Source of the DNA: Antedon mediterranea
Lineage: Eukaryota > Animalia > Echinodermata
DNA length: 64,000 nucleotides
Assembly (NCBI RefSeq): GCF_964355755.1
Contig: NC_092674.1
Span: 29,388,001-29,452,000, forward strand
Reading direction: 5' to 3'
Below, in pieces: positions 35,115 through 50,100 of the stretch. The translations under genes and the position numbers were made by a program. The notes beneath the pieces are model-generated. The model was not told the DNA's origin and searched no databases. It saw only the letters and a program-made list of their open reading frames with translations. Position 1 is the stretch's first letter; every line of letters starts with the position of its first letter.

Positions 35115-38100
35115 ATGGATAATATAGTACGTACTAGACGCTGGTCCGAGATCAGAGAACGTTATAGACACTTACAAGATGCGTTAGTTGAATCAAGAAG
35201 ATGGATAGAGGTGAGTGATACTTTCCCGAGTGTAGTTACTAGCCCCAGGCAACACAAGGCTATTGTGCTATTGTTGGCGTTTCCCGCAACAGCTCATTAG
35301 CTGGGTTTTATTAAGTGGTATATATGAGTCATTTTTCTAATGTGTTTGTATATAATAGGCTTATATATTTCCATATTCATATTTCAAACTTGTTTACATA
35401 TTCTGTTTATGCATAAGTCCTAAGAATTTCATTACTGTATATCCTATTGTAGATATGACTGCTCTGTTTAATGGTAGAGTGCTCAGGATGTTTTGTTTAC
35501 AATATTATTCAATATTCCTTGGTATTAAATTACCATAAACCGGATTAGTATTATGCTACAGATTATTATTAGCATAATAAATACGAATACGAACAAATAT
35601 TTAATAGATATTTTTTGATTTAAATATTAAATGTTGTTAAAAAAAATAAGAGGAAGAAATATGGAAAGATCAAATAGGTACATGCTCTGTAATATAACAA
35701 GATGTCACATAGAGCCAGTTCAAGAAATGAATATGTTAATTTTAAAGAAGATGTTAGTTGCCTCTAGTGTTTTAAATACATTATAGATATAAATTCACAG
35801 AATCTGTATTTTAAAATTGATTTTTTATTTTATTCATATTGGATATAAAAAAAGTACTGTAATGGTAAAATTATTTTGAAAGAAAAATAGAATATAAAAA
35901 AAATTATTATTGTAATTAAACCTTTATTAAAGATATATTTTCACCCTAAAAAATATATATATTAAAATTTGTGTTGAATATGCCATTTTAAAGTCGAAAA
36001 ACTGAATTGAAAAAAAAAATATTTTCCTGAAAAAAATGTAATATAATTATAAAGCAAAAATTGTATGTCAGAGAAAATGGTTTTTGTTAAAATTAACCGT
36101 TTCTTTTGACTTTTTATAAGTGAAATCATTATTTTGGTTGATTTTTTTTCTTAAGTAAAGAAATCTCTTTAAAGGAACATGTCTTTCAGGAAAAATACAA
36201 AGTGTTCTCTGAACAGTGGTTGTTGTACATACTGTATGTTCAAACATATAATTGCCTTAATTCTTAACACATAATTATAGCACTGGTGGGAAAGAAGCAC
36301 ATTTGATTAGATAGATGTTTATATGAATAGCCTATTGGTGATAATATGCAAGTGATTCACAGTAATGCCTTTATAATTGAAGGCGTGTATAGCTTTATTG
36401 ACAATGATTTAGATGAGTTTACAATCACGGTTTACAGTGACTAAGGTAGATAATTGAGATTTTAAATGTTTAACAATGAGTTTGTTAAAGATTGTAAACA
36501 GTTAGATTGGATTAGTACACTGATGTGAAGGTTGTATGTATTTACTGTATATCCCATCAATAAAGTGGTATATCGGACCAATAAAGTGGTATATCAGACC
36601 AATAAAGTGGTATATCGGACCAATAAAGTGGTATATCGCACCAATAAAGTGGTATATCGCACCAATAAAGTGGTATATCGCACCAATAAAGTGGTATATC
36701 GCACCAATAAAGTGTTTCATTGTATTGTAGTGATCACAGGGACTTTTGACATCTGTATGACAGTACAGTACTAGGATATAATAAGTTTTTTTTTAGGGGG
36801 TTCTACAGAAAAACCAGGACAGTGTATTCCACATTACACATAGAGTGATGTAGCCACGATAAATAAAGTGGTCCGGTTTTTAACAAAATAAGGGAACAAT
36901 CTCTGTTCAAGCCACTGGATTATCAAAAGCCTCTGTGAAATAGTGGTCAGGTTGAAACCTTACCAACCGTACTAGTGGCTACGGCCTTACATAGTGATGC
37001 GCACAATACAAGCCAAATAAAAACCCCAACCAAAAAAAACAACATCTGAAACAAAAGTGTAAAATTTAGAAGGGAGTGGTCCGAACCCCTAGAGACCCAT
37101 GGACACCTATGAATAATTTGTCCAATGAAATGTAAAATTAGGGCAGAAGAGAAGTGACACTAAACAACCCTACACGTTGTTGCATGTGAATATTAAATCA
37201 GAAGATGGGAAAATCAGTGAAGAGTGAAAAAAGTGTCAATAAATATAAATAGAAAATAATAAAAGGTATTCACTGTACATTGGTTGAATGTATTCATTCA
37301 ATAAATAATAATGATTCAAAATCATAAAATATACACTAATAAAATATCCATTTGAACGAATAAATGCTAAAAATATGTGAAATTGATATTTTGTTATGCG
37401 TGAGGTATTAAACTGAAGCCAAATGATGACCTCTACGCTTATCTAGGTTTCAGGCACACCCTAAGGCACATCCTGGCCCAGGGGAACGTATGCCCATATC
37501 AACACATGCACTGTTAAACAACCTTATTGGCAAATATCCATGCCTCAGATTCTTAATGCACTGTTCTCTAATGATTTCCCTTGATGCTATTGTGATACTA
37601 CAAGCCCACTTCCTTCTCATTGTGTGTTATTTATTTTGTGTATTTTTGTGAATGTGTTTTGGTATGTAATAATAGCAGGTAATATAAGCATCTTGGGATT
37701 CATAATAAGTACCTGTAGGTAACCAGGACTGTACTGTGTATACTATTGAGAAATGTTAATTCATTCGGTGCAGTAGGGTCAAGAAAAAATTATATACAGT
37801 ATAATTAAAACTGGTGGAAAACCTACTTGTCAAAGTTACTGCAGTAAAGACATTTTTTTTACTACAACGGTTGATTCTTCTTTAATTTTTTTTGTTGTGT
37901 ACAAGTTTATGAGGCAGCCACCGCAATAAACAGGTTTTAAAATGTAGTTACTGCAGTAACTGCAGTAGAATAATTTGGCATGGTCAACTTTTTAACCATT
38001 TTATTATCCCTACGCAATTTTTGTCCTATAAATTCTTTGACTGGCATTTATTTTTCCATTCAAAATCTTTTAGTTAACATCATAAAATTTGCTTAATCAC

Positions 38101-41100
38101 TTAATTTTTACACTTTGAATATCCACTCAGACGTAGGCTTAATTCGGCACACACTCTCTTGTCATGTTAAAACCACTTGGATTATTTCTGCGAAATTAAA
38201 ATGTATCCAGCCATATTCCAGACGATTGGTTTCTAATACCTTTAGAATTCTGAATATTTTTGTGTAAAAAAATGGTATTGTATTCAAGAGTTTTGACAAT
38301 AAGGTGGAACAATCGGAACAATAGCGGAAAGTTTTCACTGTAAATACCAGTCTTATGTTTACTCCCTGTAAAAGAAATTCCTTTGCATGAAATAACATTG
38401 GTAATTGAAGCAGCTAAATAGCTATACAGTAAGTGAGACTAATTACAAAACTTAAAGAGGATTAAACACAGTGAAAATACAAAAGTCCAGGAAAAATACC
38501 TGTATCCTGTTTAGCAACGTGGCTCTACACTATTTTATTCAAAATAATTGTTGGTATTTTCGAAAATTTATTATTAAAATGTTCATATCTATATAAGTAA
38601 TCTATATAAGTTGAATATTGCAAATGATAGAAAAAAATTTTTTTAAATAAAAATATTGTATTTTTACTGTTCAATATCAATAAACTTTGATATTATTTTT
38701 TAATTTTTTATTTTTATTTAATAAAAAATGATGTTTTAATAATTTTTGTCATTAAATTTTATTTTTAAAGTAAACACCTTTAATTGATTGGCCATAAAAT
38801 CATGTTTTAAATTGCATATTAATAATTTCAAATGGAAAATATTCCCATAAAAGCTTGAATGTGGTTTTTAATATGTATGTACAGTATTATATCTCTTATG
38901 TACTGTATTGTGCATCATTCTCAGCTCTGAGAAAAGGTAAATTTGAAATGCTGCCACCTAGAGTTTAAAAACTTTTTCCAAATTCTCTACAGTAAATTTA
39001 TCAAATTCAGTGCATTGACAATGTAACTGCTAATATAATAAGTAATAATACTGTATAACTATAGAAAAATAGTGCCCTGGGAGACATTTTTATATATACA
39101 TTTTTGAATAAAATAATATTTTTACAAATATTTTACTTACCGGTATTATTTAAATGTACAGTAAGCCTATTATTATCTTCAAATATTTTTATAATTATTT
39201 TTTAGGCCATAACAGGTAAAAAATTTCAATACAAAACACTTGGACGTTCACTTCGGAATGGAGAGCTGCTTTGTGAGTAAGTAGCTAGTAATTTTATTAT
39301 AGATAATGATTGACAATATTATTGCTTATACAGTTGAATGATTACCACATTGCAGTAGGCCTGTACAACAGTTGTCAATGTATGTATATGTCATAATATA
39401 TTTATACACACATCAGGCACAGAACATTAATTATAAACCACCCGGTGATATACTGAAATTTAATTAATTAATTTGAAACGATAAAGATGAGGACATCTAT
39501 CAAAAACATAAATCAAAACAAATTAAAACAGCCAGAAAAATTAGTAGCTTTTGAGCAACACTATATATATAGGTATTTATTCATAAAAAAAACACATAAA
39601 TAGTACAAACAGAAGGCAGCCAACGGCTGAAAAATTCTGCAAACAACGTACAAAGTTTAAAGTTAAAAGACTCTAACAACAATATAATATATACAAGTAC
39701 ACAGTAAATCAGATCATTAAAAAGCCGTTAAAATTCTTTAAAATGCCAAAAGACCCAGATAAACCAAAGCATGCGGTAATCACTAATTCGTTAATTATTA
39801 TTAATTTTATAAACCTACAAAGTTTTAGTTTTAGAAGCTTCATTCGTTCTATCAATAATGTTAGTTTTACACTAGTCTTTCATCAGTACAAATAATACAC
39901 AGTATTATAACATTTCTAAATAAAATATAATCTAAATTTTATCCAATCAGATTGATGCAATGTCTGAAACCTGGTTCTATCAAGAAAATCAGTCGATTAC
40001 CCACAGTGTATGCTGAAGTTGTAAGTATCATTGATGAATTGTTTGTTCACATAATATAGTATTTTTAGTATGTGCTTAATATGCTAATTAGATTCAAGTT
40101 TATTGACTTATTGGGATGATTGAAAGATGCACATTTATAGTTATAGCCACCACTGGAGCTGTGCCTTAAACTAGAGAATAATTGTGTACTAGTTTAATTG
40201 GGGAGAGGCACTATATGTCAACAGATGAGTCTTCTTAGTCCTCTCTCCATGATGGTTGTCACATAATGCTTGTATTTATTTTCTTTTTTATTGTATTTAT
40301 ATTTTTCATATAGACAGTTTGTCTGAAATAAAGTTTAATTGAATTTAAAATGGTAATTTTTACAGCTTCTTTGAATAGGTTATAATTTAGTGAGAAATGT
40401 AATTAAAGTTGTCTAACAGTTAATCAAAATGTCAACGTCTTGTGTGATATATATGTATCTACTCTCATTTATTGGGCGGAATTGATGATAAGGTTTTAAT
40501 GTCAACAGACAATTGGTTAACCTGACAAATATTTGCGAATACCAATGAACAGCGCAATCATTGTTCAATGCTGATATTATAATAAACTGGTTTGTTCAAC
40601 AAGTTATTTTTGTGCTTAACTTTTTCCCTCATCCTGTTCCATTTGAAGACATTCTTTAAAATAAATACATTTATAAAACTTAGTACATACTGTATCTTTT
40701 CAGGGAATAGTACCCTTTATTAACGGATCACCAGGAACATGAGGCTTAGATGGGCATAAACAGGCTATAGCCTCCCTTAAAATTTAACAGCTATGTCTTT
40801 TTAAAACAAAATAATGCCAACATTTAATATTTTTCTGTAACCCGACGGATCGTTTTTTATCATTTATGAAATATTTGTCTCCCACCTCAACCCCTCTTCT
40901 AATCTATAATGCCATATGAATATAAAATTCAGTGGTGGTTATCTGGTTTCTTTTAATAAATAAATCAACAAAATGATTATTTTCAGATTTTATATACATG
41001 ATATTTTTACTAGATTATTGATTGTTGATATATTGGATATCTTCTGAAACAATGACAATTTGCAGGCAAGTTTTACTATATAACAATATAATGATGTTCT

Positions 41101-44100
41101 TCTTTATAAATTGGAAATACAGTAAAGCACAAACCAGAAAAATGATAGGACTGAACAAAAACAAAACTGTTAACTTAACACAGAATACTTAAAACAAAAA
41201 AAAGGATAAGTGCTTCTTTGACAGCAGCTTCCTGAAGCCTGTGATACCTATTTCCTCTGGGATCTGACATGCCTGGAGCATCCATCTATCTGCATTAAGG
41301 AAATAAAAACACAATTTTAGTATGGTAAACACAATTGTCTATGTGTTTATGACCAGGTTTTGCATTGCATTATATATATATATATATATAAATTTGCTTA
41401 TTGTTAAATTATGATGAGTAATATTTAATTTTTTTAATCATGTTTCAAAAAGTATTAATTATGACTTAAGTTTTCAACATTTAACACTTTTAATAGTGTA
41501 TAGTACACTGGCAACAATATATAATACTTGTTTGCGTAATATTACTCATTAATTAGAAATTAATTTGGGCTAAAAAAAAATCCTACAAAAAAATAATTAA
41601 GGTGGTCCCTGGAAAATTGGGAATGTTTGGAATGCACATAAACCGCGAGTAGTCAACTTAGACCATAGCACTATTTTATAGGGTCTATAAAGTATTCATC
41701 ACATTCGAATAAATGTAATAAAATGAAAAATAATATTCTTATAATTTATCAGAAAATTAATATATCATTCACACATTATTATAATGTTTATTAGTAATAC
41801 GTTGATACTTTTTTGATGAAATTAAATGTAAGTAATTTTTCTAATCACTATTGGAAAGTGGACGATGCCATCTGTAAACACAGAAGCTGCCAGTTCACTT
41901 TTTTGTATGCGTCGTCGCTTCAGTCGGTTAGGCCTAGAATCTCAATATTTCATCCAAAAATTTGACTTTCCTCGTTTGGAATCTATTCTATTGTACATTT
42001 TAAAAGCTTGTAAGTACTAGTACTTTTGCGTAGATTTATTAATTAGTATGATATTTATACTTGGCCTACCTTAGCTTTCTAGATGACATACACGTCGTTG
42101 TTTTTGAAGAGAGGGAGAGATGAGCACTTGTCCCCGGTGGCATGGTGCCAAACGATACACCTGACATTTCAGACGACAATAACTAGGCCTAGGCCTAAAG
42201 TTTCAGTAGGCCCAGCCAGGCCTACATGGTCGAGTCAGTCACTTTGTTTTATTGAATAACAATTTATTTTAAAAGTTTACTCGGCACTTTAAATTTACAG
42301 GCTTACAATTAGGCCCTAACTAGGCCTGCATCCATTTTTTTATTTTGATTTTAAAATTAATAATTATTAAAAAGGCCTGAGTTAGTGGACGAGTCGTTAG
42401 TTATAGTCCCTTTTTTTCAGAAAAAAAAAAGGTTTTCTTAATTTTATATTAATCCAGAAGTCAAAAATATTATAATAATAATTTTTTTAATTTTGTGGAA
42501 ATCTTTTTTAAATACTTTTTAGGTTTTTTCTGTCTTGAAAGATATAATGTCACACACTTTTTATAATTATTATACAATAAACACAGTATTTAAATATTTA
42601 TATAACTTTACTTTTAGACTTAATCTGTCATCTATCCTGCTGAAATTAATTGTGTCAGCTCGAAATGTTATATATGTTACAGATCTTAAAAGTTTAAAAA
42701 ATCCATTTGTTTTCCTTGAAAAAGGTTCAAGTGTTTTCTTGTTGCCAAATATTATTTATTATTAATGATGTATTATTTCCTACTACTGCCAGTTAAATCA
42801 TTATAATCATGCAATAGTAAGTAATCATCTTGAAAAAGCTCACATGATCCTAGGCTGTAAATCTTGGGGGTAATCAAAGTCATATTAAACTTCCTGCAAC
42901 ATGTGTTTGCCAATTGTTGACAGAAATGTGAGAATAATATTGCAGTTTTACACTGTATTAGCTATACACTGTATTTACTATATAGCAAGTATTTACTGCA
43001 GTAATTATTTACTGCAGTACAAAGTGTTGATGCTATAGTCGTTAGTGAATGCACAACCTCAAATGTGAGAATATGTAGTATTTGATTTTTAGCCGCACAG
43101 TACACTATATTTAATACTATACTAAATACTGACTGCAGTAATTATTTACTTTTAGTAAAACAGTGTTGATGCTACAGTACACAGTGTGGCCGTTAATTAC
43201 TGCACTAAATTCTAACTTGGCATTGTTGTGGTATAACCTCAAATTAATGTGAAAATAAAGTGTAGTATAATATTAGATGTTTAGCCATACAATAACACTG
43301 TACAGTATTTACTATATAGTAGTATTGACTGCAGACAGTAATCATTTACTGCAGTAAAACAGTGTTGATACTGCTATACAGTGTGTACAGTACCTGTACC
43401 AGCCATTATTCACTGCACACTTTGCGCAGTCACTAAATTCTAGTCAAGCTTTGTCGCGGTGTAGCCTCAAATTCCACACATATTGTGTTCCTATATTGAT
43501 TCTTGGTTTTGTTAACATGTTCCCGATTTATGAATCCTTTATAAACCATTATATTCTATTGTAAACATGGATCATAGATTATTAATACACATATTGTTTA
43601 TATCCTGTTGTATAAGGTTATGATTCATAAAGAACGTCTCTTTCAGCATGTTTTCCATTTTATCTTAAATCGTTACCGTACTGTGTTTGAGATTTGTTTA
43701 ATGGTTGGCTGATCCTATTGGGTAACCCCATTTTATCTGACTCGGCAAATATGCCCTTTGTATTGTTAACCATACAGAATTGTTATACTGTATTTCAAGG
43801 TATTATAAAAGTGATGGTGTAGGGTGCTGTATTGTACGGAATTCATGCATATCAGGCTCGCACTCATTCTTGCCATATCTTCCCACACTCTAAAAATTGT
43901 AAACAGTGAAAATGACTCACAAAAATAATCTTCTAAAATTGGAACATGGATTTATACAAAAATATAAAACGGGTTGATGATAAAATAACAAAATTGGAGT
44001 ACATTAGGAAACATAGCTTTGTACTGCTTTTATACACCATTGAATTGAGTAGCATTTGGCTACACTTTGCCTAAATTACTCACCGTGCCTTTATTAATAT

Positions 44101-47100
44101 TAGTAAGTACTAACGCTTTCTTGATTTAATCATCATATCCCATGTGATGATCTACAGTGTACTGTATTCTCTAATTGAGCACTTAAAACTAAAAGATAGG
44201 CCTTATTGACATTTATTAAGTATTAATTATGACATTAATTGATGAATTTCTTTTCAATCTGTTATCTTCATAGCCTATTAAAATGCCTTATTAGTGCATG
44301 ATTCACAACTAAGTACCAATGAATACATCCTGTATAGGCATCAATGTGATTGTTGGTTACTGTGTTTTAAGGTTACTAGGTGAGAGAGATCTAAAGTACT
44401 CTTAATACTTAACTGTACTATACAGTGTCAGGCTTGCAAAGGTTTCCATAACAATTGTGGTTTCTTTGGAGGACAAGGGTAGGTACAGTACTGTAGGTAC
44501 TGTAATGCCACAGTCTGGAAAAAGTGCAATCCTACAGTACTATATGGAACATTATTATTAATAATAATATTACCTAATTTGCATCACAATATCCAATAAC
44601 AAATTAAAGAAAAACAGTTTATAATTGTGAAATACACACAGTACTTTTTAAGACTAGAGACTAACCACAGTGTATTGTGTACATTTTCATCTGATTTGTA
44701 AATGTAATTAATACTGGTTTTGAATGTTTATCAACTAATACTACTACAGTAGAATGAAAGAAGCTGAACTGCTACATAGTACATTCAAGACAACCAGTTA
44801 ATGTCATTTAACTGCTACATAGTACATTCAAGACAACCAGTTAATGTCATTTAACTGCTACATACTGTAGTACATTCAAGACAACCAGTTAATGTAATTT
44901 AACTGCTACATACTTAGTACATTCAAGACAACCAGTTAATGTAATTTAACTGCTACATACTGTAGTACATTCAAGACAACCAGTTAATGTGTTTAACTGC
45001 TACATAGTACATTCAAGACAACCAGTTAATGTAATTTAACTGCTACATAGTACATTCAAGACAACCAGTTAATGTAATCTAACTGCTACATAGTACATTC
45101 AAGACAACCAGTTAATGTGTTTACCTGCTACATAGTACATTCAAGACAACCAGTTAATGTAATTTAACTGCTACATAGTACATTCAAGACAACCAGTTAA
45201 TGTAATCTAACTGCTACATAGTACATTCAAGACAACCAGTTAATGTAATTTAACTGCTACATAGTACATTCAAGACAACCAGTTAATGTAATCTAACTGC
45301 TACATAGTACATTCAAGACAACCAGTTAATGTGTTTAACTGCTACATAGTACATTCAAGACAACCAGTTAATGTGTTTAACTGCTACATAGTACATTCAA
45401 GACAACCAGTTAATGTAATTTAACTGCTACATAGTACATTCAAGACAACCAGTTAATGTAATTTAACTGCTACATAGTACATTCAAGACAACCAGTTAAT
45501 GTAATTTTGCTATCAAAGTTTCCTTTTACTCCCTGTACAAATTACTATAATCTTATTGGTACCTAGTACTGTAGGTATATTTTTTTTCATCATATTGAAA
45601 CTGTTTCAAACATACTACATTATTATTATTACTCATCAATATTCCACTGTATTAAAATGTGCACATTATTTGAATGACAATAGCACATGAACATTCTATC
45701 TGATCATTAGCATTATTTTATAGGATAATTTACACTAAGCAAACACTACATATTAGGCTATACATTCTTTTAGCATATCATATTTTGAAATATTATATTT
45801 GGATGCTTAATTGAAACATCCTTGTTAAAACCTGATAGGTGTTTTGTTGTAATAACACCTAATAGTTTTAATATCATTGTAATATATATCTACAGTATAC
45901 AGACAACTTGCATAAACTGTACAGCACCTTTAAAGGGACTCATGGTTGAAAATCAAATTCAATTTTAGTTAATCTTAAAGCTCCGTCTACACTATCAAAC
46001 TAGTTTGACAAAAAAAGTTTGATGTGCTAAAATATGGTGATAGTGATATGCCCAAATATGGTAGTGATATGACATCATCATGTCCATATATGGGCACATG
46101 ACATTACTTGTCACATAAGTTTCATGGACAGACCTTTAGAGGTGGAACCAACATTTTGTTAATACAAAAGTCAAACTTGTACAGTGCTGTAATATTTAGT
46201 GTATTAAAATATCTAAAATGCACAATCATCAATTTTAATGGCACTTTTAATTTCTGTTTTAAGAGAGTACGCTAATATTAATAAGTATTACTGTTATACA
46301 GTAAAATAAATCATTGGACAATTCGGTTAGAAACTGTCTTAATTATTTCAGCTATTTTTAAACCACTCTATAGTATGAATGATACAGTTACTATATAAGA
46401 GTACAGTGCCAACTGGTGCTTTAAACAGTTAGAAATTCAATATCAAATGTATGTATATTGTAATTAAGCTAGTGTTGTAATGAAATTGACTATATTGATC
46501 AGATTCAGTGAAGCATAGCATTCTGTGTGACCCTGGTCATGAATGTATTTATGACCAGGGTCCACACAAAGCAAACCAAATGCAATAATGATGTAGTGTA
46601 CATTATCCCTAGGTTAGATTAAATTAAAGTCATAATTATTTTGTAGATAAAGTTGGTGAGGAGGCTGTTTATTTTTATATTCTTTACAGGATTGTTTACA
46701 AATTTAAAAAAGGTATCTAGTTATTGAAAATTCATTGCTACCCCCCCCCCCCCCCCCATTATCTAAGACACCTACATTATGTGAAGGTACCGTTGATACA
46801 GTACATTCTACCCCATTTATATTTTACACATTTTTTATTCCATGCTTACTGTACTGTACATGTCAACCAATAGTCAACAAAAGATTAAAACACAATATCT
46901 TGATTTGTAAGAAATATTATAAAGTACAATTAAAAATAAAATGCCTTCTAAAATTCTAATTACTTGGTTTTGTTATTGTTTGAGACATCTGTCGCCTATT
47001 TTACCTTTCATAATTTCTAATACAATCATTTTAAACTAAGAATTTCTTTCTCTTATTGATAACAATACAGTTCTTTCAACTGTGTGGTTACTGTACCTGT

Positions 47101-50100
47101 ATTAGCATTCTGTGCTGTAATTGTACTTCAATTTAATGCTAACCAGATGCTATTGTTGCCTGTACAATGTAATTGTAATTTTTAACAATAACAAGCAATA
47201 CAAAAAGTAATATAAAAAGTACATTAAAATACTGTACATTCATTGTGGTTGACTTCATCATTTTTTTTTGGGCTTGGCTACAGGGTGAATAACCCTTCAC
47301 ATTACTCTATTTCATTAATCTATATTTTCAAATAATTAGAAGGTCAAAGGTTAATTTTGAAAACAAGTGATTTAAAAATAATTCAATAACTTAACTACAG
47401 TAACAACAGATTACCCTACTGTTGTAATAGTTTCCCTTAGGGTTATTAATGAATAAGTAATCTATTTACAAATTAACTTGTTTAAGATTATAATTGAAAA
47501 TGACACTTGGAGGAAATTATATTAGACTGTAAAAACACATACTACTTCAAAACAAGATACATTTGTCTAGTTGACTAGTTGACTGACTAAAAATCAAGGT
47601 ACTTAAAATGAACTTCTAAAGCTCTGTCTACACTATCAAACTTTATGTAACAAAAAAAGTGTTATGTGCCCAAACATGGTAGTGATATACCCATTTATGG
47701 TAGTGATATGATATCATCATGTCCATATACTGTATGGGAACATCATATTTTTATAACATAACGTTTGACAGAGAGCTTTAAACTATGAAAATATAAATGT
47801 AATTGTAAGAAATAGAATTTATAGAAGTTTTGATGCGTTTCTGTATTTGACTATTATAAATTGTTTTGATTTCCTGTCTCTATTCACTCTGTTACTAGCC
47901 TGGTTGAGTCATTCATTTCTAACGTCTTTTGAGATTCAACAGGCTGAAGAATCAAGACTTTGAAATTACATTTTATTTCGCTGTAGAATCAATACCTGTA
48001 ATCAATAAATGTTGTGGGAAATAATTTAGGGTGATATACTTTACAAGTACAGTATTATTGTGTATAAAGTATGATGACTGTTATTTAACATATTAATATT
48101 AGTTGTGGTGAGTATACAGTACTTTGTATTTGATTTGTGGTTGTTTGCATACTACTATATTATATTATGTAATACTTTGAACTTTTATATTCAAACAAGG
48201 AAAAAACCATAATTTATTTTGCCCTATTATTAAAATATTAATACTACTGTATGTTGTAGGGGCTTGGCTACAAGACTCAATTATTTTATTTTACTGTTTT
48301 CTAGATCTGTCCTAAAGTACTGTGTATTTTCCTATGTTTTTTACTTTTTACCTTGGAAACCAATTGTACATTACATATTATGTTATACAGTACTGTGAAT
48401 TCTGTAGTGTACAGTACTACTGTATACGCCAGACTTCTTCCATAATGTATATACAGTACTGTAGGGCAGATCCAAGATAAAACAGCTACAGTAGTCTTTT
48501 TTCCTAAAACATTGTCTATCCCATCCTTGCCTTAAATTATCAAATGGTTTTTTATTTTTATTTACAAATTACAGTTAAATTATTATTTATTTAATCTTTA
48601 TTGTATGTACTACTGTACTGTATGTACATAATTTGTTTTTATAAAATATTCTCAATATTTTCACGTTGAATTCGATGAAAAATGATATTGGATGGTTTTG
48701 TAAGCAGTACTTGAGCCATGTCATTAACCGTTAAATACCAGGATAAAAATACCAAACGACAAGTAATGCCATACGAGTGAATTTGAACTTTTAAACGCAT
48801 GATCGGGCATGTTTAGTTAAATGTTCACTTTCATTCATGTTCTCATGGGTGTCGGTTTGCATTTTTGCTTTTTAAGCATCTTGAGCCTGACCCCCTGATG
48901 ATGTCCTAAGCAGTCTCTGCAAGATAAAGTAAAGTAAAACCATGGTGGCTTCAAATTCATTCTTTTCTGGTTCAAGGGCAATACAAATATTTGCCATAAG
49001 TCATGGAATAAACTAATTTATTGTTTTATAATGTGTACAATGATACATTGATAGACTGTTCTATAATATAATTTATGCTAAAAATAACTCAAAAAATCTC
49101 CTATATGTTAAGTTTCTGTATAGTATTATGGGTTGATATGGCTTGATATGATATGATATGGCTTGATATGATATGATATGATATGATATGATTAAATTTG
49201 TTATTCTTATATTGGAAAATTTAATTTTAATTTTGGAAAATGAATATCATACGAAAATTACTACTGTACAGTGTGTCCTCACAAACATCTAAATAATTAT
49301 TTATAACTTACTTACTTAATTTTGGTTTTTAGAGTTATTACTATATGGACCCAAAATGAGCACTATTTCTGTTGTGTATACAATAACTGTGTAATCGTAC
49401 ATATATTTAATACTATATTTGTACTTTAGCAATAACATACAAAACAAGTGTTATACGAATACGAATAGAACTTTATTGCAATCGAAAGATTGAAGTTTAA
49501 CAAAAGCGTTTCACTCAGAAAAATAACATGCAATATAAAAATATAAAAAACATTTAAAAAGGTAGCACAAACAATCAAAATATAAAAACAAAATTTCAAT
49601 TAAATATTAATTATTATAAAATAGTGTTAGTGTTCTATAATAAACTACTATTAAGTAACTAAGTTTTATTTTTTATTTCCGATACATATTCTAGCTCTTC
49701 CAATGATGTCGAGCACTGTAACCAGACGATCTAGTTATCTCCTATCTAGTACATTACTGAATAAATATGTTTTTAATTAGTAATAATTGGTTTGTATTTG
49801 TTTTTAAAACCAAATTGAAGAAGGCTACCAACAGGATGCCAAGTTGCAAAAATAATAATATAGATTTTATAAAACAATTGAAGAATCCAACATGCATTCA
49901 TATCGGAGATAATTCGCGATTGTTGAGACTCTTCTTGGCATTGAATCTCATTCCACTTCAAACGCACGATTGTCACGCTTGAAGGATTTTCTTGAAATAC
50001 ATGCCACCTTGGTAAATTAATATAGGAGGAAGTGCTTCTGACAAGTATTGTGACTACTGTGTATTTGGATTTTAATGAACAATTTAAAATTGAACTGGCG

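Noticed and set aside
36502-36774. Repetitive ORFs on both strands
   Set aside because: Artefacts of the 21-bp minisatellite; the same applies to the ORFs at 26762-27126 (18-bp unit).
44767-45507. Regular ~43-bp array resembling a CRISPR array
   Set aside because: Units are head-to-tail with no unique spacers, in a eukaryotic intron, with no cas genes.
48890-48940. ctgatgatgtcctaagcag as a hammerhead or a C/D snoRNA
   Set aside because: It has only the CUGAUGA half; no GAAA/stem II partner and no D box with a terminal stem. At most a deleted retroelement tail.
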